Position numbers and translations under genes: made by a program. The notes below the pieces were generated by a model. That model was given only the letters and a program-made list of their open reading frames with translations, did not search any database and was not told the DNA's origin. 21,897 bases of DNA from Candidatus Binatia bacterium (GTDB lineage Bacteria > Desulfobacterota > Binatia > HRBIN30), in NCBI GenBank assembly GCA_038245295.1, contig JBBRSP010000051.1, forward strand, positions 1 to 21,897, written 5' to 3'. Shown piece by piece: positions 1 through 9,266 of the stretch; the first letter of the stretch is position 1, and each line of letters opens with the position of its first letter.

Positions 1-429
1 CCAGCGCACGCGCTGTTTGTTGAGGCGATAGTCAGGATCGAACAGGATCAGTTCTTTGATGCCGAGCTCGATGTAGCGTTCGAGTACCTCGACGTAATCC
101 TTCCGCCAGTCCTGCGACACCACTTCGAGGGCGAATGTCGGTACGACCTGGTCGAGCCAGAGCTTCCAACTGCGAACCCGGCGCTGCGGACTGATCCCAG
201 GCAGCACATAGATGTCGGGAGCGACGCGTGCGTGCGAATCGTGCTGGCGGTAGTAGATGAACTGGTCGGCACCAACGAGAGCGCGGATCCGCCGGCTGTT
301 GAGCCAGCGTTGCAGAAGGGGACGCAGAACCTCGATGATCCAGCGCTGCAAGATATCCTCGCCCACGCGTTCCTCCTCGGGATAGATCGTCGGATCAGGA
401 GCCTTTCGTCGTGCCGCGCTGCCCTTCAT
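1..429 (-). CDS. Uma2/DUF820-family putative endonuclease, C-terminus beyond the window edge
   Basis: Not in the ORF track. My translation from ATG at 429 stays open to position 1: MKGSAARRKAPDPTIYPEEERVGEDILQRWIIEVL...VGADQFIYY...VAPDIYVLPG...VRSWKLW...VPTFALEVVSQDWRKDY...YIELGIKELILFDP. The APD, P.F.LEVVS and Y...GI.E...FDP motifs are typical of Uma2 PD-(D/E)xK proteins. Confidence 0.85.
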   Translation of the reverse strand, partial: MKGSAARRKAPDPTIYPEEERVGEDILQRWIIEVLRPLLQRWLNSRRIRALVGADQFIYYRQHDSHARVAPDIYVLPGISPQRRVRSWKLWLDQVVPTFALEVVSQDWRKDYVEVLERYIELGIKELILFDPDYRLNKQRVRW

Positions 430-535
430 AGACCGCACCCTACCGTCAACGAAAACCCCGGGCAACGACTGCCGCGCATCGCTGCAATGCAGCCAAGGCG
501 GCCGAGTGGTCATGGTCCGTAGCTCCGCGACGGGC

Positions 536-3500
536 TCAGTAGTCGTTCTGGTCGTCGACCTCGATCACCAATCGTGTCGTGTTGTTGCTGCTGTCGGTGT
601 CGCCGCCGGGGCCGCTGACGCTTAACACAGCGGTGCAGCGGGCCGGCGATCTCTTGCTATGCCCCACGAACGCGGCGGCATTGATGGTCAGCGGCAAGAT
701 ACCGGCCTTGCGCTTGCCCCCTGTGACCTGGGCGGTCGTCTGCGAACCGGCCTGATTCGGGTCGAAGTCGGCGATGCCAACGGTGCCGCTTGGGCAGTCG
801 CCGTCACTGGCTCCAACCGCGATGCCATCGGGAAGTGTTTCCACGGTGGGGAGAATATCGGCATTCACCACCGCTGGTTTGACGTTCCGCAGGCGTTGCG
901 TCGCGCCGTGCGCCAACGACAGCTTCACCGGCGCGATACTGGCGATCAACGACTCGTGGCGTGTCGATGATTCCGGGTCGTTCTTGTCGACCACGTTGAG
1001 CTCCATCGTCGCCGTGGCGTTTTCCGGCGTCGGGTCTACGGCACCTGCCACGCTGGCGGTGAAGGTGAGAGTGCAGCGTGTTGGGGCTTTGCGGTTAAAG
1101 CTGGCAAAGCCGGTTCTGATCAGCCGCAGTGGCACCGCCGCCGACTTCTGTTGACCCTTCAGCAAGCTGACGACGTTCGACGGACCGGCAGCGGAACGTC
1201 CGAAGTCTGGCGTGCCGACCGTTCCCGCCGGGCAATCGCTACTGCTCGCCGTGAGCTCGAACAAGGGACCCTCGGCCCCCGTGAGATCGGCGTTGATCAC
1301 CGACACACGGACGACCTTATCCACATAGGTCTTGCCGGCCGGGATGGAAAAACTGCGCGGCTTCAGAGCCGGGACAACCGCGTCGTGCACAGCCGTGGTG
1401 GGTGTGGCCGTGGCGGTAGCCGTTGTCGTCGATGTTTCCGTCAACGTCGGCGTTTGTGTCACGGTCGGCGTAAGGGTTGGTGGACTGGTGGGAGTCGGAC
1501 TTGGCACGACGCCACCGCTTTCGTAGGCGCCCGCATCACAGTGCGCGCCGACGGTGCGTCCGTAGCCGCGCTGATCGACGCCGTTGACGGGCGCCGCGCC
1601 ACAGATGGAATCATCGCCGGCGTCGATCGCAAGGCTGCCTCCACCCAGAGCCATCGTCTGCGTTGGTCCGCCATTGCCGGCGAGAGGCGAGAGAGCGATT
1701 TGCGCGCCGGTCACCACCGTTGCACCATTGCAGGTAGAGTCGTCCGACAAGCTGTTGCTGTCGGAGGACAAGGTCGCGCCGTTGGCGGTCTGGCAGTTCC
1801 TGCCGTTAGGGCTGCTGGCGAAAATCGAATTCCTCACTGTACCGCTGCCGCCGCTCAACGAGACGTCGCCGGCGTAGGCGACGCCGCTGCGTCCGACATT
1901 GCCCGAGAAGGTGCTGTTCAGGACGAGGGTGGAGCCGAAGCCCTTTTGCAGGGCGCCACCGCCGACGGCGCTGTTGCCGACAAAGGTGCAGTTCGCGACG
2001 GTGAGCGAGCCGAAGTCGTTGTGGTAAATCGCGCCACCGCTGCTGTTCGAGTAATTGTTCACGAAGGTACTGTTGCTTACGGTGACAGTGCCGCCACGCG
2101 CGAACAGGGCGCCGATATTGGTGACCGCATCGGCGACGGTGAAGCCGTTGAAGTGGAATGTCGTGTAGTAGACGTAGAAGAGATACTCTTTGTAGGTCGA
2201 CGAGCCACTGATGGTGATCTGGCCGCCGTTGGCGCTGCCGTCGATGGTCAAATCGATGTCGATGCGCGGCAGGGTCGAGGCGGGCGCGATGGTGCACACG
2301 TTGGCACTGCTGCATCCCGCGCCGTTGGGAATGTTGAAGGTAATGAGGGTCGTGCCGCCATATGTGTTGGCCGCGTTGATGGCTTCGCGCAGTGTGCAGT
2401 CCTGATTGCCGACACCCTGCCCGAGCAGATCACAAGCGCCATCATCGCTGTCGGCGGTAGTGTTGACGGTAAAACTCGGGCCGGGCTGCGACGCGGGGAT
2501 TGTCGGAGTTGGGGTAAGGGTCGGGCCCGCCATCGTCGGCGTTGAGGTCGGCGTTGAGGTCAACGCTACGGCTGGCGTCGACGTGGGTGGCGGCGGCGGC
2601 GCGCCGAAGCCAACGACGGACGACGATCCACCAACCGCGGTACATTGCGTCGTTGACACACACGTCACCCCAAGCAGCGGATTGGCGGTTGGGCTTAGGT
2701 CCGAGCTCCACACCGATCCATCCCAGGAGACAATCGTCCCGTCGCCCACGGCTTTACATTGGGTCGCCGACGGGCATGTCACGCCGTGCAGACCGCTCGC
2801 CGTGCCGCTGATGTCGGCGCTCCAGCTGCTGCCGTTCCAGGAGCGAATCGTGCCATTCGCCGCCACCGCCTTGCAGAGCGTGGTCGACGGACAAGACACG
2901 TGCTCGAGGATCTTCGTCGTGCCGCTGACGTCGGCGCTCCATGTTGTGCCGTTCCACGAGCGCGTCACACCTTGATTGCCGACGACTTTGCAGAAGCTCG
3001 TGGTTGGACAACTGACACTGAGAAACTGCCCGGTGCTGCCACTTGTATCGGCGCTCCAACTCGTGCCGTTCCACGACAAGATGGTGCCATTGTCGCCGAC
3101 CGCCTTACACGAGGTCGGCGAGACGCAGTTGATATCATTCAGGTTACGCGTCGTGCCGCTGGTCTCCGAGCTCCAGGTCGTGCCGTTCCATGACGTGATG
3201 TAGCCGCCGAAGCCGACCGCCTTGCACAAGCTGGTAGACGGGCAGGCGATGCCTGCCAGGTAGACGCCCGGGCTCGCTTCCAAGCTCCACGTGGATGCAT
3301 TCCAGGAGAGGATACCGCTCGAGGCGGCGGTGGCCTTGCACAAGGTCGGTGAGGGACAAGATATGGAGTTGAGGAGAAGCTGACTGGTCAGACCGTGTGG
3401 CTCCTCGTGGCCCCAGGCGGTGCCATTCCAGCTTTGGATCTCACCAGCAGTACCGACCGCCTTACATAGGGTCGGCGAGACGCAAGAAACGCCATACATG

Positions 3501-4375
3501 GCGACGGCGGAGTCGTCGAAGACCGGGCTCCATGTCGTTCCATTCCAGGAGCCAGCGATGCCGCTGACGCCCCAGATCTTGCAGGACACACCCGACACGC
3601 AAGCAACGCCGTAAAGGGTACTGAAGGGCGTCGTATCGGCGGTCCAATTGGCTCCGTCCCACGACACGATGGCGCCGAAGAGGCCGACGGCCTTGCATTG
3701 GGTCGGCGACGAGCAGCTCACATCATAGAGCTGGTTGGTCGTGGCCAACGTGTCCTGGCTCCAGGCGGAGCCATTCCAGGAGTAGGTGGCGCCGCTGTCG
3801 ACATGGACGCCGTCATGCCCGACGGCTTTGCAGAAGTTGGCAGTTGGGCACGCGACGCCGGCGAGCGCGTTGGTGGTGCCGCTGACCTCGCCGCTCCAGG
3901 TCATCCCATCCCAGGAACGAATCGTACCGCCGCCGCCGACGGCCTTACACGACGTCGCTGACACACACGAGACGTCATTGAGTGTGGTCGAGTCGGCATT
4001 GCTGTCGAGGCTCCACACCGCGCCATCCCAGGAAAGGATGGTGCCGCCGCCGCCCACCGCCTTACAGGCATTGGTGGTGGCGCAAGAGATGCCGTTGAGG
4101 CCCTGGGTCGTCGGCACCGCCTCGATGCTCCAGGTCAATCCGTCCCAGGAAAGCACCGTGCCACCGCCACCGACGGCCTTGCACAAGGTGGCGGAAGGGC
4201 AGGAAACGTTCTGCAGGTTGTTGCCCTGTGGCAGCGGATTTTGCCAGGTCCACGGATCGGTCGAAGCGCCCGACTGCATCGCCGGCAGCAACACGGCAAG
4301 CAAACCGACCAGGCAGAGAGACAAACGGACCCCAGAAAGAGCGGACGGCGAACTGACTAGGCGGGCGCGGCGCAT
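536..4375 (-). CDS. Large secreted/surface protein: signal peptide, 14 Cys-paired beta-propeller-like repeats, Pro/Thr linker, CSLREA-type domain, beta-helix/choice-of-anchor-Q-like region, second linker, duplicated C-terminal module
   Basis: 1286-aa ORF in the track. ATG 4375 is preferred because GGAGGT lies just upstream (TGGAGGTTGCCCATG). Hydrophobic N-terminus; repeats W..L..VSC.S...CKAVG..G.I.SW(D/N)G; TVNTTAD...CTLREAI; LAGNGGPTQTMAL...SLAIDAG...DQRGYGR...CDAGAYE. Confidence 0.9.
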   Translation of the reverse strand: MRRARLVSSPSALSGVRLSLCLVGLLAVLLPAMQSGASTDPWTWQNPLPQGNNLQNVSCPSATLCKAVGGGGTVLSWDGLTWSIEAVPTTQGLNGISCATTNACKAVGGGGTILSWDGAVWSLDSNADSTTLNDVSCVSATSCKAVGGGGTIRSWDGMTWSGEVSGTTNALAGVACPTANFCKAVGHDGVHVDSGATYSWNGSAWSQDTLATTNQLYDVSCSSPTQCKAVGLFGAIVSWDGANWTADTTPFSTLYGVACVSGVSCKIWGVSGIAGSWNGTTWSPVFDDSAVAMYGVSCVSPTLCKAVGTAGEIQSWNGTAWGHEEPHGLTSQLLLNSISCPSPTLCKATAASSGILSWNASTWSLEASPGVYLAGIACPSTSLCKAVGFGGYITSWNGTTWSSETSGTTRNLNDINCVSPTSCKAVGDNGTILSWNGTSWSADTSGSTGQFLSVSCPTTSFCKVVGNQGVTRSWNGTTWSADVSGTTKILEHVSCPSTTLCKAVAANGTIRSWNGSSWSADISGTASGLHGVTCPSATQCKAVGDGTIVSWDGSVWSSDLSPTANPLLGVTCVSTTQCTAVGGSSSVVGFGAPPPPPTSTPAVALTSTPTSTPTMAGPTLTPTPTIPASQPGPSFTVNTTADSDDGACDLLGQGVGNQDCTLREAINAANTYGGTTLITFNIPNGAGCSSANVCTIAPASTLPRIDIDLTIDGSANGGQITISGSSTYKEYLFYVYYTTFHFNGFTVADAVTNIGALFARGGTVTVSNSTFVNNYSNSSGGAIYHNDFGSLTVANCTFVGNSAVGGGALQKGFGSTLVLNSTFSGNVGRSGVAYAGDVSLSGGSGTVRNSIFASSPNGRNCQTANGATLSSDSNSLSDDSTCNGATVVTGAQIALSPLAGNGGPTQTMALGGGSLAIDAGDDSICGAAPVNGVDQRGYGRTVGAHCDAGAYESGGVVPSPTPTSPPTLTPTVTQTPTLTETSTTTATATATPTTAVHDAVVPALKPRSFSIPAGKTYVDKVVRVSVINADLTGAEGPLFELTASSSDCPAGTVGTPDFGRSAAGPSNVVSLLKGQQKSAAVPLRLIRTGFASFNRKAPTRCTLTFTASVAGAVDPTPENATATMELNVVDKNDPESSTRHESLIASIAPVKLSLAHGATQRLRNVKPAVVNADILPTVETLPDGIAVGASDGDCPSGTVGIADFDPNQAGSQTTAQVTGGKRKAGILPLTINAAAFVGHSKRSPARCTAVLSVSGPGGDTDSSNNTTRLVIEVDDQNDY

Positions 4376-4662
4376 GGGCAACCTCCATTGGTGCACGTCG
4401 ATGCGCGAGAGTGTACCCGAGAGCAGGCGCCGCAGTCCTTCAAGAGTCCTTTAAAGATTCTTCAGTTTCGATCCCCGGGAGACCCGATGCCATGTGGCAG
4501 ACGCCGCGTCAGGTGGCGGTCGTGCTCGCCGCCAGTCCAGCATCAAGACGCCGGACAAGTTCAACAGGATATATAGGATGAAGGCGATAACCCGGTTCTC
4601 CATTCTCCATTCAAAATTTTCCATTGGCGGTTGCTTGCGCCTTCGCCAAGGCTTCGAGTCGT

Positions 4663-4923
4663 TTACGCGTCCCCAATTTGTCTCTGCCTGACGCCATAAC
4701 TAGGGCTGGCTGATCGGCTGCATCTGTGCGCATGCCTTGCGGCAGGGCGTGGTACTGAGATTGTTCCAATTTTACCGAGGAGAACGAACGGATGACGCAG
4801 CGCGAGCAAGCCGAGCTGGAGGGCCCAGGCGACGAGGACGAGGACGAAGAGGGGGAGGACGACGACTGGAAAGCCAATAGCTACGGCGATGATGAGGATG
4901 ACGGGTACTAGGCCGCCGAACAT
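4663..4923 (-). CDS. Small hypothetical membrane protein
   Basis: 86-aa ORF with GGAG 8 nt before ATG and ~45 hydrophobic N-terminal residues (two possible TM helices); same strand as and 57 bp downstream of the transpeptidase genes. Confidence 0.55.
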   Translation of the reverse strand: MFGGLVPVILIIAVAIGFPVVVLPLFVLVLVAWALQLGLLALRHPFVLLGKIGTISVPRPAARHAHRCSRSASPSYGVRQRQIGDA

Positions 4924-4980
4924 GGCGACGTCTCCAATTCCCCGTTTCGCGGCGGGTAACTGCGCGTCTGGCCCTTGCGC

Positions 4981-5703
4981 TTACCTGGCCGCGAGGTTGG
5001 CGTCGCATTGCAGGAATCGCGAATGGCGCAGCCAGGTAGGGTCTGGGTAGTACGCGAAGAGAGCCGTGCCCTCCTTGATGCGCTGGACGATCTGCGGCAG
5101 CACGGCGCGATCCACCGCTGGACAGCCCCAGCTGCGGCCGAGCTGGCCGAAGCGCTCCACGACGTGCTGGTTCACATAGGCGGCGCCGTGCATGACAATG
5201 CGCCGCTCCTCGGCCAGGTCGTTGACGCCCGGCTCCAGGCCAATCAGCCGCAGCGATGCGCCGTGGCCGCCGTCGTACACGTCGTCGGTGCGGAAGAGGC
5301 CGAGACTCGATTGACGCGACTCCGGCCGGTTGGAGAAATCGACCGCATAGATGTCGCCACTGTTTTGCCCGTGCGCCACGAGCTCGTTGAACAAGACCTG
5401 GTGTTTCGCCAGGTCGATCACCCAAAGTCGCCTCTCGGTCGAGGGCAGCGAGTAGTCGATCAGCGTCAGGATCGAACTGTCGAACTGACCTTCCGCCCGG
5501 CCACAACGGTAGGCGCACAACGCCAGGTCCAGCACCTCACGTCGAGGCCAGGCGGCGGGGGCGACAGGCAATCGGCGCACCTCGTCGCGCCAGATCTTGG
5601 CCTTCGACGCAGAGCGCGAACCGCGCAGTCGCGCCGCCGACGGGCTCGGCAGTAGGCAGCAAAGGACGGCAAGCGCCACGGTTGTGCTGATGTACGGATT
5701 CAT
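4981..5703 (-). CDS. Murein L,D-transpeptidase catalytic-domain family protein (YkuD_2 type)
   Basis: Signal peptide; IDYSLPS..RRLWVIDL, VAHGQNSG, FSN.PES.QSSLG, IVMHGA.Y and LGRSWGCPAV (catalytic His/Cys). ATGA overlap with the upstream gene. Confidence 0.9.
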   Translation of the reverse strand: MNPYISTTVALAVLCCLLPSPSAARLRGSRSASKAKIWRDEVRRLPVAPAAWPRREVLDLALCAYRCGRAEGQFDSSILTLIDYSLPSTERRLWVIDLAKHQVLFNELVAHGQNSGDIYAVDFSNRPESRQSSLGLFRTDDVYDGGHGASLRLIGLEPGVNDLAEERRIVMHGAAYVNQHVVERFGQLGRSWGCPAVDRAVLPQIVQRIKEGTALFAYYPDPTWLRHSRFLQCDANLAAR

Positions 5704-7448
5704 AACGGGTCCACGTCCACCTCCGGCTCGACCGGATCGGTCGCCGGCGCCGACGTCGCAGTTGGCGTTGGCGTGGGGGAGGGCTTTGGATACGGGTACG
5801 GCGGGCCTTTGGCAAGCAGCATATCGAGTCGCGCATCGTGGCCGTAAATATCCTCGAAAAAATGTGTCGTGCCGTCCTCGTCGATCGCCACCGTGGTGTA
5901 GAGCAGATAGACCCCGACCGGCCGCTCCAGATACACACGCCGGTTGTTACGGTCGCTCGTCATCGCGCTATCGATCGCCTGGCGATCCCACTTGCTCTGG
6001 CCGCGCAGCACGAATTCCGCCAGCGCCGCCGCATCGGAGACGCGGATGCATCCATGGCTGAAATCGCGCCGGCTCTTGGCGAACAGTCTCTTGCTCGGCG
6101 TGTCGTGCATGTAGACGTGAAACGGATTGGGAAAGACGAACTTGAGCAAGCCGAGCGCATTGTCGGCGCCGGGGCGTTGCCGGATGCGGCCGCTATGAAA
6201 CTCGTAGTTGTGGCGCGCGAAGTAGCCGGGGTCCTTCGCGGCATCCGGCAGGAGCTCTTTCTGCGCGATGGTCGGTGGCACGTCCCAGTACGGGCGGAAG
6301 ACGAGATACTGCATAGTGGCGTGCAGCACCGGTGTCTCGTGACGCAAGGACGCCGAGCCGACGACGGCGCGCAGCTGCACCGCCGGATTCGCATCGCCGC
6401 GGTAGTAGCCGCGCAGCTGAAACTCGGGGAGATTGACGACGACGTACGCCGCGTCATCCGGCGGCGGCAGCCAGCGTAGCCGTTCCAAGGCGAGCTCGAT
6501 CTGCCGTACCCGCCCCGACGGAGAGATCTGCAACTGGCTCAGCGTCGCGTCGCCGATGACGCCGTCGGCGCCGAGGCCCTGGCGCTCCTGGAAGCGTTTG
6601 ACCGCCTTGACCAGGTCGGGGTCGTAGACGTGCACATCCTTCGGCGTGCGGACGCTACTCGGCAGGTCGCCGATGGCGCGCAAGAAGTCGCGCAACGGTC
6701 CGACGCCGGCGTCGGACTCGCCCGGATGTAGCTTCGGTAGGTTCGGAACCTGCGGGAAATTGGCGTGCGCGGCCAACTCGCGCCAGTACGCCAGTGCCGT
6801 AACGAGGCGCCCGAAGAGGGGAAACTGCGGATCCAGCGTCGCCAGAAGTTGCGTCGGTGCCGGCGCCGCCGATAGTTGCGACACGAATGCCGCCGCGTCG
6901 AACGGCGGGGCCTCCATCTCGAGGGCGAATCCGACGATGCTCGGCGGCACGCGCCCAAGGTGCGCATTGGAGACATAGCGCAGAGCAGCGATCGTCAGCG
7001 CCGTGTCGAATGCCGCGGCGTCGGCGGCTGGCGCCGGCGCCGTGGCGTCGAGTCGCGCCATCGCGTCGCGTAATGGTACGGCGTCGTAATCTTGTGGCGA
7101 CAATCCATGCCGGTCCGACTCGGACAGAACCCGCAAGACCTCGGCGGCCTGACTGGTCGATTTGTCGTCGCGCCGCCACAGGGGGCGGAAGCCCGCCGCT
7201 TCGTACACTTGCCGGACGACATCTTGTCGGTCGGGAAAATCGGCCAGGTGCAGCAGTGGCTGCCGGCCCGCCTCGACGATGGCGGCAATTGCCGCGGCAA
7301 TTGCTTCCGGCCTCGGCGGGGGATTGCCTTCCACGCCCAGCGCGGGGAGGCGCCACAGACAAAAGGAAACGAGGCAACACGCCAACCCGGCGGAAATCCT
7401 CCACCGAACCCCTACCGGGCCCCACCCCGCATCGAATCCACCAATCAT
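5700..7448 (-). CDS. L,D-transpeptidase of the YcbB/LdtD type (scaffold, peptidoglycan-binding and YkuD domains)
   Basis: HGLSPQDY scaffold; AVKRFQERQGLGADGVIG PG-binding motif; VNLPEFQL, PYWDVPPTI, QRPGADNALG.LKF.FPN, VYMHDTP, FSHGCIRV, DIYGHD. Start uncertain (GTG 7460, ATG 7448 or later). Confidence 0.9.
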   Translation of the reverse strand: MIGGFDAGWGPVGVRWRISAGLACCLVSFCLWRLPALGVEGNPPPRPEAIAAAIAAIVEAGRQPLLHLADFPDRQDVVRQVYEAAGFRPLWRRDDKSTSQAAEVLRVLSESDRHGLSPQDYDAVPLRDAMARLDATAPAPAADAAAFDTALTIAALRYVSNAHLGRVPPSIVGFALEMEAPPFDAAAFVSQLSAAPAPTQLLATLDPQFPLFGRLVTALAYWRELAAHANFPQVPNLPKLHPGESDAGVGPLRDFLRAIGDLPSSVRTPKDVHVYDPDLVKAVKRFQERQGLGADGVIGDATLSQLQISPSGRVRQIELALERLRWLPPPDDAAYVVVNLPEFQLRGYYRGDANPAVQLRAVVGSASLRHETPVLHATMQYLVFRPYWDVPPTIAQKELLPDAAKDPGYFARHNYEFHSGRIRQRPGADNALGLLKFVFPNPFHVYMHDTPSKRLFAKSRRDFSHGCIRVSDAAALAEFVLRGQSKWDRQAIDSAMTSDRNNRRVYLERPVGVYLLYTTVAIDEDGTTHFFEDIYGHDARLDMLLAKGPPYPYPKPSPTPTPTATSAPATDPVEPEVDVDPL

Positions 7449-7577
7449 GTTCAGCCGCACTGTGCTTAGAAGAGCAGACTACTGCAAGACGCAAGAGCTG
7501 GGGCCGTGAGCTACAGAATGGGCAAATATCGGACGATGTGCGAGAGCTCGAACCATGCACGGGCGACCCGTATACGC

Positions 7578-7727
7578 AGTGGAGCAACGTCATCCCGGTG
7601 AAAACCGGGATCTCCCCTGCTGGAAGCCTCGAAAGCTGGCGAGATACCGGCTTTCGCCGGTATGACGGGAGTGTTTGCGTTGTTTCAAACGATGAATCAG
7701 AGAAAGTCGACAGACTCGGAGGCCGGG
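7578..7727 (+). repeat. CGTC-tagged palindromic repeat doublet (REPIN-like), copy 1 of a ~145-bp dispersed repeat
   Basis: CGTCATCCCGGTGAAAACCGGGATC ... GATACCGGCTTTCGCCGGTATGACG; a near-identical reverse-complement copy lies at 20861-21001. Confidence 0.9.
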
Positions 7728-7905
7728 ACGACGCACTTCTCTCGCAAACTTAACGACATTGCCCCGCCCCCTGTTTCATCTGCTCGGATGATGCGCCGAG
7801 CGTCATGGCCACTGGGTTCGCGGTTCTCGATGCGTTGTGCTCGGCTCTCCACGCAAAGCGGCGTGAGGGATTCACGGGAGACGCAAGTCGGAGTAGGTTA
7901 CGCAC

Positions 7906-8412
7906 ATGTATAATGAAATTTTCCAGCAAATGAAGAAGATGTTGGGCCAGCTCGACAAGTGGCTCGATGCGGCAGCCGCATTCGCAGAGACAAAGAAGTT
8001 CGACCCGAACCTCTTCCTCTCACAACGGCTCTCTTTGGATCAGTTTGCGTTTGCGCGCCAGGTGCAGTCGGCGTGTGATACGGCGAAGCTCGCCGCATCG
8101 CGACTCACGGGTAAGGAGGCTCCGTCGCACCCCGACACCGAGCAAACCATCGATGAGCTGCACGCGCGCGTGCGCTCAGTGATCGACTACCTCGAGAGCT
8201 TCTCTCCCACGGACTTCGACGCTGCCGCGGCGAGTGTCGTCACCCAGCCTCGTTGGGAAGGAAAAATCATGACGGGCGCCGACTACTTCCTGGAACACGC
8301 TGTGCCCAACTTCTTCTTCCACATCACCCACGCCTATGCGATTTTGCGCCACAACGGCGTTGGCCTCGGCAAGCGCGATTACCTCGGTAAGCTCACCCAA
8401 CGCATGCCATAG
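7906..8412 (+). CDS. DUF1993 family protein (DinB-like fold)
   Basis: RL..DQF.FARQVQSACDTAK, Y....AVPNFFFHITHAYAILRHNGV.LGKRDYLG; GGAG upstream of ATG. Confidence 0.9.
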   Translation: MYNEIFQQMKKMLGQLDKWLDAAAAFAETKKFDPNLFLSQRLSLDQFAFARQVQSACDTAKLAASRLTGKEAPSHPDTEQTIDELHARVRSVIDYLESFSPTDFDAAAASVVTQPRWEGKIMTGADYFLEHAVPNFFFHITHAYAILRHNGVGLGKRDYLGKLTQRMP

Positions 8413-8498
8413 GGCCGATTTGGGGACGCGCGTCCTCAAGTCAGCCTTCGTCGTCCGGTGACCGAGCCGCGGCGTCTCAGTCACCGCTAAGCCATGGG

Positions 8499-8903
8499 TC
8501 AGCAGCCAGCGACGCGTAAGCCGATCGCCCGGGCGGCGCGGGCCTGCCTGGCGTCAAAGGTTACGAATGGCAGCGCCGCGCCGCCGACTCTTTGAGCCGC
8601 CGACAGATGAAGGGCATCCAAGGTTCGGACGCCCTCGGCCCGGGCGATCTCGGCGGCGCGCTCGCATGTGACGCGGTCAAGTTCGACCACGTGGATACCG
8701 CGCCAATCACGTCGGAACGCCGACTCTATGCGAAGAAGTTCACGCCCTTCGAGCAGACGCGCCAGGTTGCGCACAACTTCGACCCACGTGTGCCTGCCGG
8801 TAACCCAACTGGTGTCGGACTCGAGAAGCTCGGCGGCGCGCTCGCTGTCGGCCTCGTCAACGTAACGCTTCAGCAGAGCGCTCGTATCGACATACTGGCT
8901 CAC
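8499..8903 (-). CDS. vapC: VapC-family PIN-domain toxin
   Basis: YVDTSALLKRY..E, E in TWVEV, RTLDALHLSAA, FVTFDARQARAA; start overlaps the antitoxin stop (GTGA). Confidence 0.9.
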   Translation of the reverse strand: MSQYVDTSALLKRYVDEADSERAAELLESDTSWVTGRHTWVEVVRNLARLLEGRELLRIESAFRRDWRGIHVVELDRVTCERAAEIARAEGVRTLDALHLSAAQRVGGAALPFVTFDARQARAARAIGLRVAGC

Positions 8904-9157
8904 GAGTCCCGATCCTCCGCGAGGGCGTCAGCAATGCGCCGCTTCGAGCGCGCCCTTCGGACAGACTTCTCCACCGTCGCGGTCGCCGCCTGGATCCACC
9001 CATCGGCAACTCCCTCGTCGAGGCGCAACCGGCCCGGGAGAGGGCCGATGACGGCCTTTGGGGTACCTCGATCCGTCACTCGAATCGTTTCACCACGTGC
9101 GGCTCGCTCCAGGTACTTTGAAAGGTTTTGCTTCAACTCGCGTACGGCCACGTCCAT
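8900..9157 (-). CDS. Phd/YefM-family antitoxin
   Basis: From ATG 9157: MDVAVRELKQNLSKYLERAARGETIRVTDRGTPKAVI, 85 aa, directly upstream of vapC. The track's N-terminal extension to 9355 looks spurious. Confidence 0.9.
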   Translation of the reverse strand: MDVAVRELKQNLSKYLERAARGETIRVTDRGTPKAVIGPLPGRLRLDEGVADGWIQAATATVEKSVRRARSKRRIADALAEDRDS

Positions 9158-9159
9158 GG

Positions 9160-9185
9160 GGACACAATAGTTTATCAATGTGTCC
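9160..9185 (-). promoter_or_regulatory. TA operon promoter/operator: inverted repeat bracketing an extended -10 element
   Basis: Minus strand GGACACA-TTGATAAACTAT-TGTGTCC-CC-ATG; palindrome arms flank TGnTAAACT immediately before the antitoxin start. Confidence 0.65.
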
Positions 9186-9266
9186 ACTTCAACGACGACC
9201 CCTGTCTCCCAGGGACGTTCCCATCGGTGGTCGCTTGAGTCATAGAGAACATGCCATGACCGCGTC

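Noticed and set aside
1151..2545. Long plus-strand ORFs (also 6857-7753, 17002-18069, 19764-20765)
   Set aside because: Antisense or alternate-frame shadows of well-supported genes in GC-rich DNA; Arg-rich with no motifs.
4826..4902. GACGAG/GATGAT acidic-looking tandem repeat on the plus strand
   Set aside because: Explained as the antisense of Val/Leu/Ile codons of the small membrane ORF.
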